Notes under the pieces: model-generated
What the model was told of the DNA's origin: nothing
Seen by the model: the letters and a program-made list of their open reading frames with translations, nothing else
The model's database searches: none
Translations under genes and position numbers: made by a program
In this document: piece after piece, positions 1-7,988 of the stretch
How positions within the stretch are numbered: the stretch's first letter is position 1
Layout: each line of letters starts with the position of its first letter
Source of the DNA: Spirochaetaceae bacterium
GTDB taxonomy: Bacteria > Spirochaetota > Spirochaetia > DSM-27196 > SLST01
NCBI GenBank assembly: GCA_007694025.1
Contig: RECL01000108.1
Span: 1 to 38,028 of the forward strand
Direction: 5' to 3'
Length of the DNA stretch: 38,028 bases

Positions 1-92
1 GGGTTCGGCGACGACCTCAGAATAGCAGCGTCGCCGCGATGCGGGAAGCGGTCGGGGACGATCAACCCCGGCGCCACCGACGGCGGACTCGA

Positions 93-527
93 TCAGCCGC
101 GAGGCGCGGCGTCGGGACGCGAGGTTGCCTCCCCGCCCGTCTGCTCAAGGTCGCCAAGCTGCAGGCCGAGCGCACGGACCGAGATGCTGACCTCGACGAC
201 CAGGAGCAGGAGCGAACCGAGCATCGCAAGAAGCGCGACGCCGAACAGGATCTCCGCCGTCGCAACAGCCCCAATAAAGAGTGCCCCCATGCAGAGCACG
301 CAGAGCACCAGCGACACCGCGCCGGAGATCTGCATGTTTCGGATCAGCACGATCCGCTTCCTTAGGTTCGCAATCTGCATCGCCAGGACGGGGCTCCCTT
401 CCGTTCGCCATCGTTCGTGGAGCCGTCGCACAAGATCGGCGTACGAGATGAAGCGGTTCGTGTACGAGATGAACAGCAGCGACACAGCCGGGAAGAGCAG
501 CGCGGGGGTCGAGAAGGTGAAGTCCAT
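93..527 (-). CDS. DUF2721-like small integral membrane protein (144 aa)
   Basis: ORF 93..527(-), ATG at 527. N-terminus MDFTFSTPALLFPAVSLLFISYTNRF resembles the conserved DUF2721 N-terminal motif (from memory, no search run). It has 3-4 hydrophobic helices. Confidence 0.75.
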   Translation of the reverse strand: MDFTFSTPALLFPAVSLLFISYTNRFISYADLVRRLHERWRTEGSPVLAMQIANLRKRIVLIRNMQISGAVSLVLCVLCMGALFIGAVATAEILFGVALLAMLGSLLLLVVEVSISVRALGLQLGDLEQTGGEATSRPDAAPRG

Positions 528-532
528 AGTCG

Positions 533-561
533 AGCGTACCCCGCATCGATCGCGCGGTCAA
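533..561 (-). promoter_or_regulatory. Putative sigma70-type promoter of the DUF2721 gene with leaderless geometry
   Basis: Minus strand reads TTGACC (561..556) - 17 nt - TACGCT (538..533) - 5 nt - ATG(527). There is no Shine-Dalgarno in between. Confidence 0.3.
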
Positions 562-565
562 AGCC

Positions 566-594
566 TTGACAACTGCGACTCACGGGTTTACTCT
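566..594 (+). promoter_or_regulatory. Putative sigma70-type promoter of the membrane protein / wHTH / ABC operon
   Basis: Perfect TTGACA (566..571) - 17 nt - TACTCT (589..594). It sits back-to-back with the minus-strand -35 at 556..561. The leader would be roughly 70-80 nt and ends in AGGAGGGAGG before ATG 675. Confidence 0.35.
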
Positions 595-624
595 GCCGTT
601 CAGAGTAACTTTGTAACGCAAAGT
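588..624. promoter_or_regulatory. Two adjacent operator-like inverted repeats, each with a 5-nt spacer
   Basis: IR1 is TTACTCTG(588..595)-N5-CAGAGTAA(601..608), a perfect 8-bp arm that overlaps the putative -10. IR2 is ACTTTG(608..613)-N5-CAAAGT(619..624). Confidence 0.4.
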
Positions 625-674
625 ACGAGTAGCGAGTCGGCGCGGCACCAGCGGCGGCGGCAGGAGGGAGGCCG

Positions 675-1283
675 ATGAACGAACCCGAGGATCGACCGAT
701 CAGCGAGTACCTGGAGGATATCCGGCAGATTCGCGAGACGATGCTCCTGGCGGAAAACCGGCTGCACGTGCCCGCGTGGTTCTTCTTCACGGTCGCCGCG
801 ACGATCGGCGCGGGTACGATAGCGCACGCCGTCGCGTCGCTCGTCTTCGACGTCGACGTTCGCACGATCTCGCTCGCGATCTGGCTGCCGCTCGGGGCGA
901 TCGGCGGCATCGCCGAGATCATCGCGTGGATCGCCAAAGGGCGGCGGGAAGGACTGCCGTGGCTCAGCCGAACATTCGGCCGGTTCATCGTAACGGTGGC
1001 GGGAACGATGACCGCGGTCGTCGTGCTCGCCGCAATGGGGCTGCCGGCCGGGATGTCCCCCTCCGGGCTCATCCTGGTCGTCGGCGCTGCGACCTTCCTG
1101 GTCTACTCGCCGTACTGCCCTGTGGCGTCGGTCTGGATCGGTTGGGCGCTCCTGGCCCCGGGCGTCGCGATACTGATCGCGGTCGTCTCCGGACCTGCCT
1201 TGGAGGTCGCCGCCGCGGCCGCCGTCGTGATCGGGTTCGTTGTCGTCGGAGTTGCCGAGCGACGCGCGCGCAGCGATGGATGA
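675..1283 (+). CDS. Hypothetical polytopic membrane protein (202 aa)
   Basis: ATG 675 is preceded by AGGAGGGAGG. There are about 5-6 hydrophobic helices. Its stop TGA (1281..1283) overlaps the ATG (1276) of the next gene (ATGGATGA). I recognise no family. Confidence 0.7.
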   Translation: MNEPEDRPISEYLEDIRQIRETMLLAENRLHVPAWFFFTVAATIGAGTIAHAVASLVFDVDVRTISLAIWLPLGAIGGIAEIIAWIAKGRREGLPWLSRTFGRFIVTVAGTMTAVVVLAAMGLPAGMSPSGLILVVGAATFLVYSPYCPVASVWIGWALLAPGVAILIAVVSGPALEVAAAAAVVIGFVVVGVAERRARSDG

Positions 1284-1674
1284 TCTGTACACCCGGTTCG
1301 ACCAGGTCTTTTTCGAGCGCACCCGGCTGTCGATCGTCACGCTGATCGAGCAGCGCGCGAGCGTGTCGTTCAACGCGCTGAAGGCGATCCTGTCGGTTTC
1401 CGACGGCGCGCTGTGGAGCCACCTGGACAAGTTGATCGAGTCTGGCTACGTCACGCGGCGAAAGGAACTCGCCGGGGATTCGGTACAGACCGTCTATACG
1501 CTCACACCGAAGGGCGCCGAGTCGTACCGCGAGTACCTCGGCTTTCTACAGGCTATTCTGCAGGGGAGGAACGATGGCGATGGTGGAACTGGACGCGGTT
1601 CACAGGGAGTATCCGCTCGGGACAACGGTCGTGCACGCGGTGCGCGGCGTGACGTTCGTGATCGACACCGGTGA
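1276..1674 (+). CDS. Winged-helix (HTH_34/ArsR-like) transcriptional regulator, 132 aa with a 3' tail overlapping the ABC gene
   Basis: MDDLYTRFDQVFFERTRLSIVTLI..FNALKAILSVSDGALWSHLDKLIESGYVTRRKE...VYTLTPKGAESYREYLGFLQAIL is a typical small wHTH regulator. I chose the ATG at 1276 (coupled to the upstream stop) rather than the ORF-track start at 1240. The first stop in frame is at 1674. Confidence 0.8.
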   Translation: MDDLYTRFDQVFFERTRLSIVTLIEQRASVSFNALKAILSVSDGALWSHLDKLIESGYVTRRKELAGDSVQTVYTLTPKGAESYREYLGFLQAILQGRNDGDGGTGRGSQGVSARDNGRARGARRDVRDRHR

Positions 1675-2287
1675 GTTCGTGTCGATCGTCGGTCCGTCGG
1701 GATGCGGGAAAACGACAATCCTGAACATGATCGGCTGTATCGACAAGCCGACCGAAGGGAGCGTTCGATTCGACGGAACCGACACTCGGACTCTGTCGGA
1801 CTCAGCCGCGGCGGATCTGCGCCTCAAGCATATCGGCTTCGTGTTCCAGAGCTTCAACCTGGTGCCGGTGCTCACGGTACGGGAGAACGTGGAGCTGCCG
1901 ATGATGCTGGCGCATAGCAGACCGGCCGACCGCCGCCGCGTCCGCGACCACCTGATCGACGCGGTAGGGCTGTCCGAGTTCGCGTCGCACAAACCCGGGG
2001 AGTTGTCCGGCGGCCAGCGCCAGCGCGTCGCGATAGCGCGCGCTCTGGTCAATGGGCCTCGCCTGGTGATCGCCGACGAGCCGACGGCGAACCTCGACAG
2101 CGAGACCGGAAACTCGGTGCTCGACGTGATGCGCCGGCTCAACCGGGAGGAGGACGTCACGTTCGTCTTCTCCACGCACGACCCCGAGATCCTTCAGTAC
2201 GCGTCGCGGATCATCCGGTTGCGCGACGGCAGGGTCGAGGAAGACAGCCGGGCGCCAGCGCCGCAAACCGACGGAGTCGAGCGGTGA
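1574..2287 (+). CDS. ABC transporter ATP-binding protein (LolD/MacB-type)
   Basis: Walker A GPSGCGKTT, signature LSGGQRQR and Walker B LVIADEPT are present. GGAGG lies 5 nt upstream of ATG 1574. Confidence 0.95.
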   Translation: MAMVELDAVHREYPLGTTVVHAVRGVTFVIDTGEFVSIVGPSGCGKTTILNMIGCIDKPTEGSVRFDGTDTRTLSDSAAADLRLKHIGFVFQSFNLVPVLTVRENVELPMMLAHSRPADRRRVRDHLIDAVGLSEFASHKPGELSGGQRQRVAIARALVNGPRLVIADEPTANLDSETGNSVLDVMRRLNREEDVTFVFSTHDPEILQYASRIIRLRDGRVEEDSRAPAPQTDGVER

Positions 2288-3498
2288 TGTTCGCGAAGAT
2301 GGCGCTCCTGAACCTGTGGAAGTACCGCAGACGCATGCTCGTCGTGCTACTCGGGATCGTGATGTCGGTCCTGGTGATGGAAGTGATCGGCGGCATGCTC
2401 GCCGGAATGCAGACGACCTTCTTCAACGAGATCCTCCGCGGAAGCGGCCACGTGCAATTGCACTCGAGCGGGTGGGACGACCGGTTGGACTCGTACTCGA
2501 TCCGCCACCTGATCGCCGACCCCGACCCACTGGTCGCACAGATCGCCGCGCTCCCCGACGTCGTGCGCGTGGAGACCGTGCTCGGGTTCCAGGCGATGCT
2601 CGCACACGACGGAACGACACTTGCGGTGGAGGGTCGTGGCGTTGCGCCCGACACATCGTTCTTTGACGATGCGACGACGACGATCACCGAAGGGTCATTC
2701 GTGGCCGAAGAGCGCCCCGGGCTGGTCCTGTCAGCCGACAACGCGCGCCTGCTGGGCGTGTCGGTCGGCGACACCGTCGGCGTGTTCATCCAATCAGCGC
2801 GGGGCATTCCCGCGCGACGAACGCTCATGGTGACCGGGCTCTTCGACAGCGGCCACGTCGAGCTCGACGGCACAGCCGTCTTCCTGAGGCACGAAGACGC
2901 GCAGGCGCTGCTCGGCATCGAGCGCGCGACGAACGAGATCAGGATAACGCTCGACGACCCCGATCGCGCGGCGCGCTTCGTCTCGGATCACCGTGAGCTG
3001 TTCGACCGCCACGACCTGGAGCCGGTGACGTGGCGCGACATACACGGCAGCCTGATCGTCTTTGTCGAGATCAGTGACCTTCTGACGACGGTGATCAACG
3101 CGTTCGTGATGATCGTCGCGGCGTCGGTCGTCACAAACGCGATCCTGATGACGGTCTTCGACCGTGCAAGGACCTTCGCAACGCTGCGCGCGATCGGGAT
3201 GAAGCGCCGCCGCGTGATCGCGACAATCGTGTCGGAGGGCGTGCTCTTGGGCGCAATCGGCAGTGCGATCGGACTCGCGATCGGGATTCCGATCGTACTC
3301 TACTTCCAGACGCACGGCCTGGATATGGGCGAGCTGAGTCAGTTCTTCGGGACCGGACAGACGTACTACTTCGCGTTCGTGCCCGGGTCGAGCGCGACCG
3401 CGTTCGGGTTCGGCGTGCTCATTTCGGTCGCGAGCGCGCTCTACGCCGGCACAGCGGTCACCAGGGTCGATCTTCGTAGCGCGCTCGAGGAGGCGTAG
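2287..3498 (+). CDS. ABC transporter permease, FtsX/MacB family (LolC/E-like), about 403 aa
   Basis: Architecture is an N-terminal TM, a large extracytoplasmic domain and a C-terminal 3-TM FtsX domain (LRAIGMKRRRV...). ATG 2287 shares the A of the upstream TGA (TGATG). GTG 2284 is an alternative start. Confidence 0.9.
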   Translation: MFAKMALLNLWKYRRRMLVVLLGIVMSVLVMEVIGGMLAGMQTTFFNEILRGSGHVQLHSSGWDDRLDSYSIRHLIADPDPLVAQIAALPDVVRVETVLGFQAMLAHDGTTLAVEGRGVAPDTSFFDDATTTITEGSFVAEERPGLVLSADNARLLGVSVGDTVGVFIQSARGIPARRTLMVTGLFDSGHVELDGTAVFLRHEDAQALLGIERATNEIRITLDDPDRAARFVSDHRELFDRHDLEPVTWRDIHGSLIVFVEISDLLTTVINAFVMIVAASVVTNAILMTVFDRARTFATLRAIGMKRRRVIATIVSEGVLLGAIGSAIGLAIGIPIVLYFQTHGLDMGELSQFFGTGQTYYFAFVPGSSATAFGFGVLISVASALYAGTAVTRVDLRSALEEA

Positions 3499-4746
3499 AT
3501 GGAGCTCCTGCGAATCGGTGTCCGTAACGTGCGTCGCAACACGCGGCGTACCGTACTGAATGTGATCGCGCTCGCGCTTGGCACCGCGATCATGATCGTG
3601 TCGGTCGCGTGGGTGCGCGGCTACTTCACGAGCCTCTTTGACGGGATCATCCGGATCGACACCGGCCACGCGCAGGTGCTCCACGGGTCGTATCGCGACG
3701 AGCAGCGGCGGCTGCCGCTCGACCTGACCGTCCGCGACTACAACGCAGTGCGCGATACCGTGCGCGACGTGCCGTCGGTCACCGCGATCGCCGCGCGGCT
3801 CGACTTCGGCGCGCAGATCTCGTCAGAAGCCGACCCCGCGCGATCGATCCGTCTGCTCGGCCGCGGAGTCGAGCCCGAGCTTGAGGAGCGGATCACGGTC
3901 GTTGCCGATCATATCGTGCGCGGGAGCGCGCTGTCGGAGGCCCGGCGCGGCGTGCTGCTGAGCGAGCGCATCGCGTCGCGGCTGCGCGTCGAGCCCGGTG
4001 ATGCGGTGATCATCCGTGCGATCGACCGATCGGGCGCGTGGCAGGAACGCTCCGCCGAGCTGGTCGGCGTATTCACGCTCGGCTACCCGGCGATCGACGA
4101 AACCTCGTTTCTGATATCGCTACCAATCGCGCAGGAGCTCACCGGGATCTCCAACGCGGTGACGCGATTGGTCATCGCGCTCGACTCGGGCCCCGCCGTC
4201 GCGTCGAACGTAGCGGCAGTCAACGCGGCGCTCGGCGATTGGCCGGAGCTTCGCGCGTACGAGTGGCGGCGATTCGTCGAAGTGATCGTGCAGGCGGTCG
4301 AGGCCGACGCGGCGGGTTTCGCGGTGATCATCGTGGTGCTCTACCTGCTGATCATCGTCGGCATCCTGAACTCAATGTCGATGTCGGTCCACGAGCGGCG
4401 CCGCGAGATCGGAACGCTGCGCGCGATTGGCATGAAGCGCGCCCCGCTGCGCAGGTTGATCCTGGTCGAAGGGGCGGCGGTAGCGCTGATCGGCGCCGCG
4501 GCGGGTGCGGTCCTCGCCGGGCTGTCGAGCATCTACTTCGCCGGCGTCGGCTTCGATCTGTCGATCCTTGAGGGTACGGGGCTCCCGCTTCCGTTCGGCG
4601 AGCGGTTCGTCGCAGACTTCAGGGTGCACGACTACCTGATCGCGACGGCGATCGCGGTCGTCACCGCGTGCGTCGGTACGATCCTGCCAGCGACCCGATC
4701 GGCGCGCCTTCCGATCACCGACGCGCTCGGCGCGCACGTCGAGTAG
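3499..4746 (+). CDS. Second ABC transporter permease, FtsX/MacB family (LolC/E-like), 415 aa
   Basis: Same architecture as the first permease (LRAIGMKRAPLRRL...). ATG 3499 immediately follows the upstream TAG. Confidence 0.9.
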   Translation: MELLRIGVRNVRRNTRRTVLNVIALALGTAIMIVSVAWVRGYFTSLFDGIIRIDTGHAQVLHGSYRDEQRRLPLDLTVRDYNAVRDTVRDVPSVTAIAARLDFGAQISSEADPARSIRLLGRGVEPELEERITVVADHIVRGSALSEARRGVLLSERIASRLRVEPGDAVIIRAIDRSGAWQERSAELVGVFTLGYPAIDETSFLISLPIAQELTGISNAVTRLVIALDSGPAVASNVAAVNAALGDWPELRAYEWRRFVEVIVQAVEADAAGFAVIIVVLYLLIIVGILNSMSMSVHERRREIGTLRAIGMKRAPLRRLILVEGAAVALIGAAAGAVLAGLSSIYFAGVGFDLSILEGTGLPLPFGERFVADFRVHDYLIATAIAVVTACVGTILPATRSARLPITDALGAHVE

Positions 4747-4769
4747 GAGAACGTCCTTTGCGCCGGGGT

Positions 4770-4824
4770 CGGCGGCTACGCGCGGCCAGGTCTGATCGGG
4801 AGGTGCCGGCGGCTACGCGCGGCC
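4770..4824. repeat. Perfect 18-nt direct repeat, two copies 37 nt apart
   Basis: CGGCGGCTACGCGCGGCC occurs at 4770..4787 and 4807..4824. The second copy contains the stop codon (4813..4815) and last codons of the OsmC-like gene. Confidence 0.9.
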
Positions 4825-5286
4825 GACCGGCGGTCCGCCCGACACGCCGTTGATCGAAAACGAGTACCGGATGTCGACGTCGACCAGCATCGCGCCGACC
4901 GAACAGTACTTGAACACCGACAGTTCGATCGCGCGCCGCGCCTTGTCGGCGTCGATCTCTCCGGTCAGGTCGTAGTGGACCGTGATCGACGTGAACACGG
5001 CCGGCACCGCGTCGGCGCGTTCCCCGGTCACGGCGATCGATACGCCGTCCACGCGCTGGCGCTGCTTCGTGAGGATCGGACCCAGATCCATCGACGCGCA
5101 GCCGGCGATCGCCGCGAGCACGGCCTCCATCGGCCGGAACCCGGCGCCCTCTCCTCCGACCGTCGGCGAGCCGTCAAGGTGGATCGTGTTGCCGTCGGCG
5201 TTCGAAGCCACAAAGTGGACCTTATCGTTGACCCGATCGAGAGTGACGCGCACGCTGCCTCCTGCCGCAAATGTCGGCGATTGCAC
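4813..5286 (-). CDS. OsmC/Ohr-family protein (about 157 aa)
   Basis: The C-terminal part of the 565-aa ORF reads ...HLDGSPTVGGEGAGFRPMEAVLAAIAGCASMDLGPILTKQRQ...ELSVFKYCSVGAML, which carries the OsmC-type motifs. The start is uncertain: GTG 5286 or TTG 5298. It must be below cysM (5317). Confidence 0.8.
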   Translation of the reverse strand: MQSPTFAAGGSVRVTLDRVNDKVHFVASNADGNTIHLDGSPTVGGEGAGFRPMEAVLAAIAGCASMDLGPILTKQRQRVDGVSIAVTGERADAVPAVFTSITVHYDLTGEIDADKARRAIELSVFKYCSVGAMLVDVDIRYSFSINGVSGGPPVGRA

Positions 5287-5310
5287 TTCGGCGGTCAAGA
5301 CGCGTATGCT
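5281..5310 (+). promoter_or_regulatory. Putative promoter of cysM with leaderless geometry
   Basis: TTGCAC (5281..5286) - 18 nt - TATGCT (5305..5310) - 6 nt - ATG 5317. No SD. Confidence 0.3.
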
Positions 5311-5316
5311 GTAGCC

Positions 5317-6219
5317 ATGAACGTACGTACGATCGAGGAATGCATCGGGAACACGCCGCTCGTGCGGCTTCGCTCGCTCTACACCGGGCCCAATACGGTG
5401 CTCGCGAAGCTCGAAGGCGACAATCCGGCCGGCTCGGTCAAGGACAGACCAGCGTTCAGTATGATCAGGCGCGCGGAGGAGGCTGGCCGCATCAAGCCGG
5501 GTGACACGCTTATCGAGGCGACGAGCGGCAACACCGGTATAGCGCTCGCGATGGTCGCCGCGGTCAAGGGTTACCGGATGGTACTGATCATGCCCGATCA
5601 CATGAGCGCCGAGCGTCGTGCGGTCATGAAGGCGTACGGCGCCGAGCTGATCCTGACCCCGAAAGAGAAGAGCATGGAGGGCGCGATCGACCTGGCGCGC
5701 GAGATGGAGGCCGACGGCAAGGGCGTGATCCTGGACCAGTTCGGTAATCCCGACAACCCGCGCGCGCACTACGAGGCGACCGGCCCGGAGATCTGGCGCG
5801 ACACCGACGGCACGGTCACCCACTTTGTCGCGTCGACAGGCACGACCGGAACAATCATGGGAACCGGTCGCTACCTCAAGGAACAGAACCCCGACGTGAC
5901 GATCGTCGGCGTCATCCCCGACGATGCCGGCGGCATCCCGGGGATCCGCGCGTGGCCCAAAGCGTACCAGCCGGCGATTTTCGAGCCCGACCGGCTCGAC
6001 GAACGGCGCACCGTCTCCAAGGAAGCAGCGGAGGCAACGATGCGAGCCTTGGCCGCGCGCGAAGGCATCTTCGCCGGCGTGTCGTCGGGCGGGAACGTCG
6101 CGATCGCGCTCGACGTCGCTCGCGAGCTCGACGAAGCGGGCCGCACCGACGCAGTGGTCGTCGTGATCATCTGCGACCGTGGCGACCGCTACATCTCCAC
6201 CGGAGTCTACCCGGCCTGA
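5317..6219 (+). CDS. cysM: Cysteine synthase B (O-acetylserine sulfhydrylase), 300 aa
   Basis: MNVRTIEECIGNTPLVRL..GDNPAGSVKDRPA..TSGNTGIALA..FGNPDNPRAHYEATGPEIW..IPGIRAWP..ICDRGDRYISTGVY is co-linear with E. coli CysM motifs. The ATG at 5317 lies inside the longer ORF-track frame. Confidence 0.95.
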   Translation: MNVRTIEECIGNTPLVRLRSLYTGPNTVLAKLEGDNPAGSVKDRPAFSMIRRAEEAGRIKPGDTLIEATSGNTGIALAMVAAVKGYRMVLIMPDHMSAERRAVMKAYGAELILTPKEKSMEGAIDLAREMEADGKGVILDQFGNPDNPRAHYEATGPEIWRDTDGTVTHFVASTGTTGTIMGTGRYLKEQNPDVTIVGVIPDDAGGIPGIRAWPKAYQPAIFEPDRLDERRTVSKEAAEATMRALAAREGIFAGVSSGGNVAIALDVARELDEAGRTDAVVVVIICDRGDRYISTGVYPA

Positions 6220-6233
6220 CCAGCCCCGCGGCG

Positions 6234-7757
6234 CTACTTCACAAGCCCGACGCCGATCTCGCGTCCCTGTCGAAGGATGCGGAGACGTACTTCGTCGCCG
6301 CGCGTAGCGTTGAGCTCGCGGTAGAATGCACGGACCGTGTCTGCCGGTCGGTCGTTCACGCGGAGCACCACGTCGCCGGGTCGCAGGCCCGACGCGTCGG
6401 ACGCAGACCCCCCGACTACGTCGGCGACGACTACACCGCGCACCGATTGGTCCAGATTGAGGCTCTCCAGCAGCTGATCGCCGAGCGGCACGACCGCCAG
6501 GCCCGGCCACACCAGCGATCCGTCGGCCAGATCCTCTTCTGGTGCGCGCTCGTCGATGCGGACGGTCAGGGTTTGCTCGGCCGCGTCGCGGACGAGTACG
6601 AGTGTCGTCGTCTCTCCCGGGCTGAGGAGTCCGATCCGTCGAGTGAGCTGGTTCGAGCTATCGATCGGAGTGTCGTCCATCCGGACGATCAGGTCTCCCG
6701 GAAGCACCCCCGACTGGTCGGCGGGGCTCCCTCGGCTGATGTTGAGCACGAGCGCGCCTCGTCGCCCTTCGATCCCCAGATCGGTGGCCAGTTCGGGGAA
6801 GCGTCCTGCCTCCGGGTCGACAATCGTGACGCCGAGCCAGCCGTAGGAGACGCGGCCTCGCTCGAGGACGTCGGTAACGACGCGGCGAACCGTGTTCACC
6901 GGAATCGCGAACCCGAGCCCGACACTGCCACCGGTCTGCGACGCGATCCACGTGTTGATCCCGATGACCTCTCCAGTCAGGTTCACGAGCGCACCGCCCG
7001 AGTTCCCCGGGTTGATCGCCGCGTCGGTCTGTATGTAGTCGGAGAAGGTTCCGATCTGGCCCCGGCCGCCGGCTTCACGGCGAACGGCGCTGACGATGCC
7101 CGACGTGACCGTCGCCTCGAACCCGTACGGGTTGCCTACTGCGAGCACCCAGTCGCCGACCTCTGCACTGCCCGAGTCGCCGAGCAGCGCGATCGGCACC
7201 TCCCCGTCGGGCCGGAACGATATCACGGCCAGGTCGGTCCGGGGGTCCCGTCCGACCACTTCGGCCTCGTACTCGCGTCGGTCATAGAGCGTCACACTGA
7301 TCCGCGACGCCTGACCGACGACGTGATTGTTCGTCACAACATACGCGTTCTCTCCCTGACGCGCGATGATCACGCCCGACCCCAGACCAGGCCGCTCGAA
7401 CTCGCGTTGCTGCGGCTCGGGTCCCCCCGGTGCCTGCGGGCCGAAAAAGTACTCCCACGGCGACAGAGAACGCGGCGCGGTCTGCCGGACCACCTCGACG
7501 ACGTTGACTTCCACGACGACGGGGAGCACCTCCTGCGCGACCTCCCTGAAGGTGCGCGACAGCTGCTCGGGTGTGATCATCGCGCCCGGGTCGCGGGTGG
7601 TCGGCTCAGCTTCGCGCTCTGCCGGCACAGTTTCGCGCATCTCTACCGGTGCTTCCTCGCGGCTCGGCAGCGCGATCACCAGTGCGGTCACGATGGTCAA
7701 CGCGATGCCGACCATCAGGAGTGGTCGCAATCGATCAAGTAGATTTCTGCGGTTCAT
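6234..7757 (-). CDS. htrA: HtrA/DegP/DegQ-family periplasmic serine protease with two PDZ domains (507 aa)
   Basis: N-terminal TM/signal segment. Catalytic motifs are TNNHVV, DLAVI and GNSGGALVN, followed by two PDZ-like regions. GGGAGG lies upstream of ATG 7757. Confidence 0.95.
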   Translation of the reverse strand: MNRRNLLDRLRPLLMVGIALTIVTALVIALPSREEAPVEMRETVPAEREAEPTTRDPGAMITPEQLSRTFREVAQEVLPVVVEVNVVEVVRQTAPRSLSPWEYFFGPQAPGGPEPQQREFERPGLGSGVIIARQGENAYVVTNNHVVGQASRISVTLYDRREYEAEVVGRDPRTDLAVISFRPDGEVPIALLGDSGSAEVGDWVLAVGNPYGFEATVTSGIVSAVRREAGGRGQIGTFSDYIQTDAAINPGNSGGALVNLTGEVIGINTWIASQTGGSVGLGFAIPVNTVRRVVTDVLERGRVSYGWLGVTIVDPEAGRFPELATDLGIEGRRGALVLNISRGSPADQSGVLPGDLIVRMDDTPIDSSNQLTRRIGLLSPGETTTLVLVRDAAEQTLTVRIDERAPEEDLADGSLVWPGLAVVPLGDQLLESLNLDQSVRGVVVADVVGGSASDASGLRPGDVVLRVNDRPADTVRAFYRELNATRGDEVRLRILRQGREIGVGLVK

Positions 7758-7988
7758 GATTCCTCCCTGCTACTCGATTGCAAGATCCATGCCAGACGTG
7801 ACTGCATAACCATATACTCAACAACGAGTTACGATCGTAGATACTACCCTCTCCACCGCAAACCACCGGAATCTGTGTATAAACGACACATGCAATCGGT
7901 CCAGCCGCAGATCGGGCTATTCTGACACAGTCTGCGACAGCGTCGATCGCGGCTTGTCGGATCGCCTCTGGCGAGGTACCTATTGAGC

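Noticed and set aside
1-92. Possible 3' end of a plus-strand gene (frame-2 TAG at 23..25) and hairpin GGCGACG-N15-CGTCGCC (7..35)
   Set aside because: Only about 8 codons are visible, so there is nothing to recognise. The hairpin has a 15-nt loop and no U-tract. There is too little evidence to call a feature.
4813-6510. 565-aa minus-strand ORF
   Set aside because: It is a composite. Only the 3' ~474 nt encode the OsmC-like domain. The remainder is antisense to the unmistakable cysM gene and translates to Arg/Ala/Gly-rich low complexity typical of off-frame high-GC DNA.
5952-7742. 596-aa plus-strand ORF
   Set aside because: It is antisense to htrA, whose protease triad and PDZ motifs are clear on the minus strand. 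The translation is Arg/Asp/His-rich with no recognisable motifs. This is a high-GC stop-codon-poor artefact.
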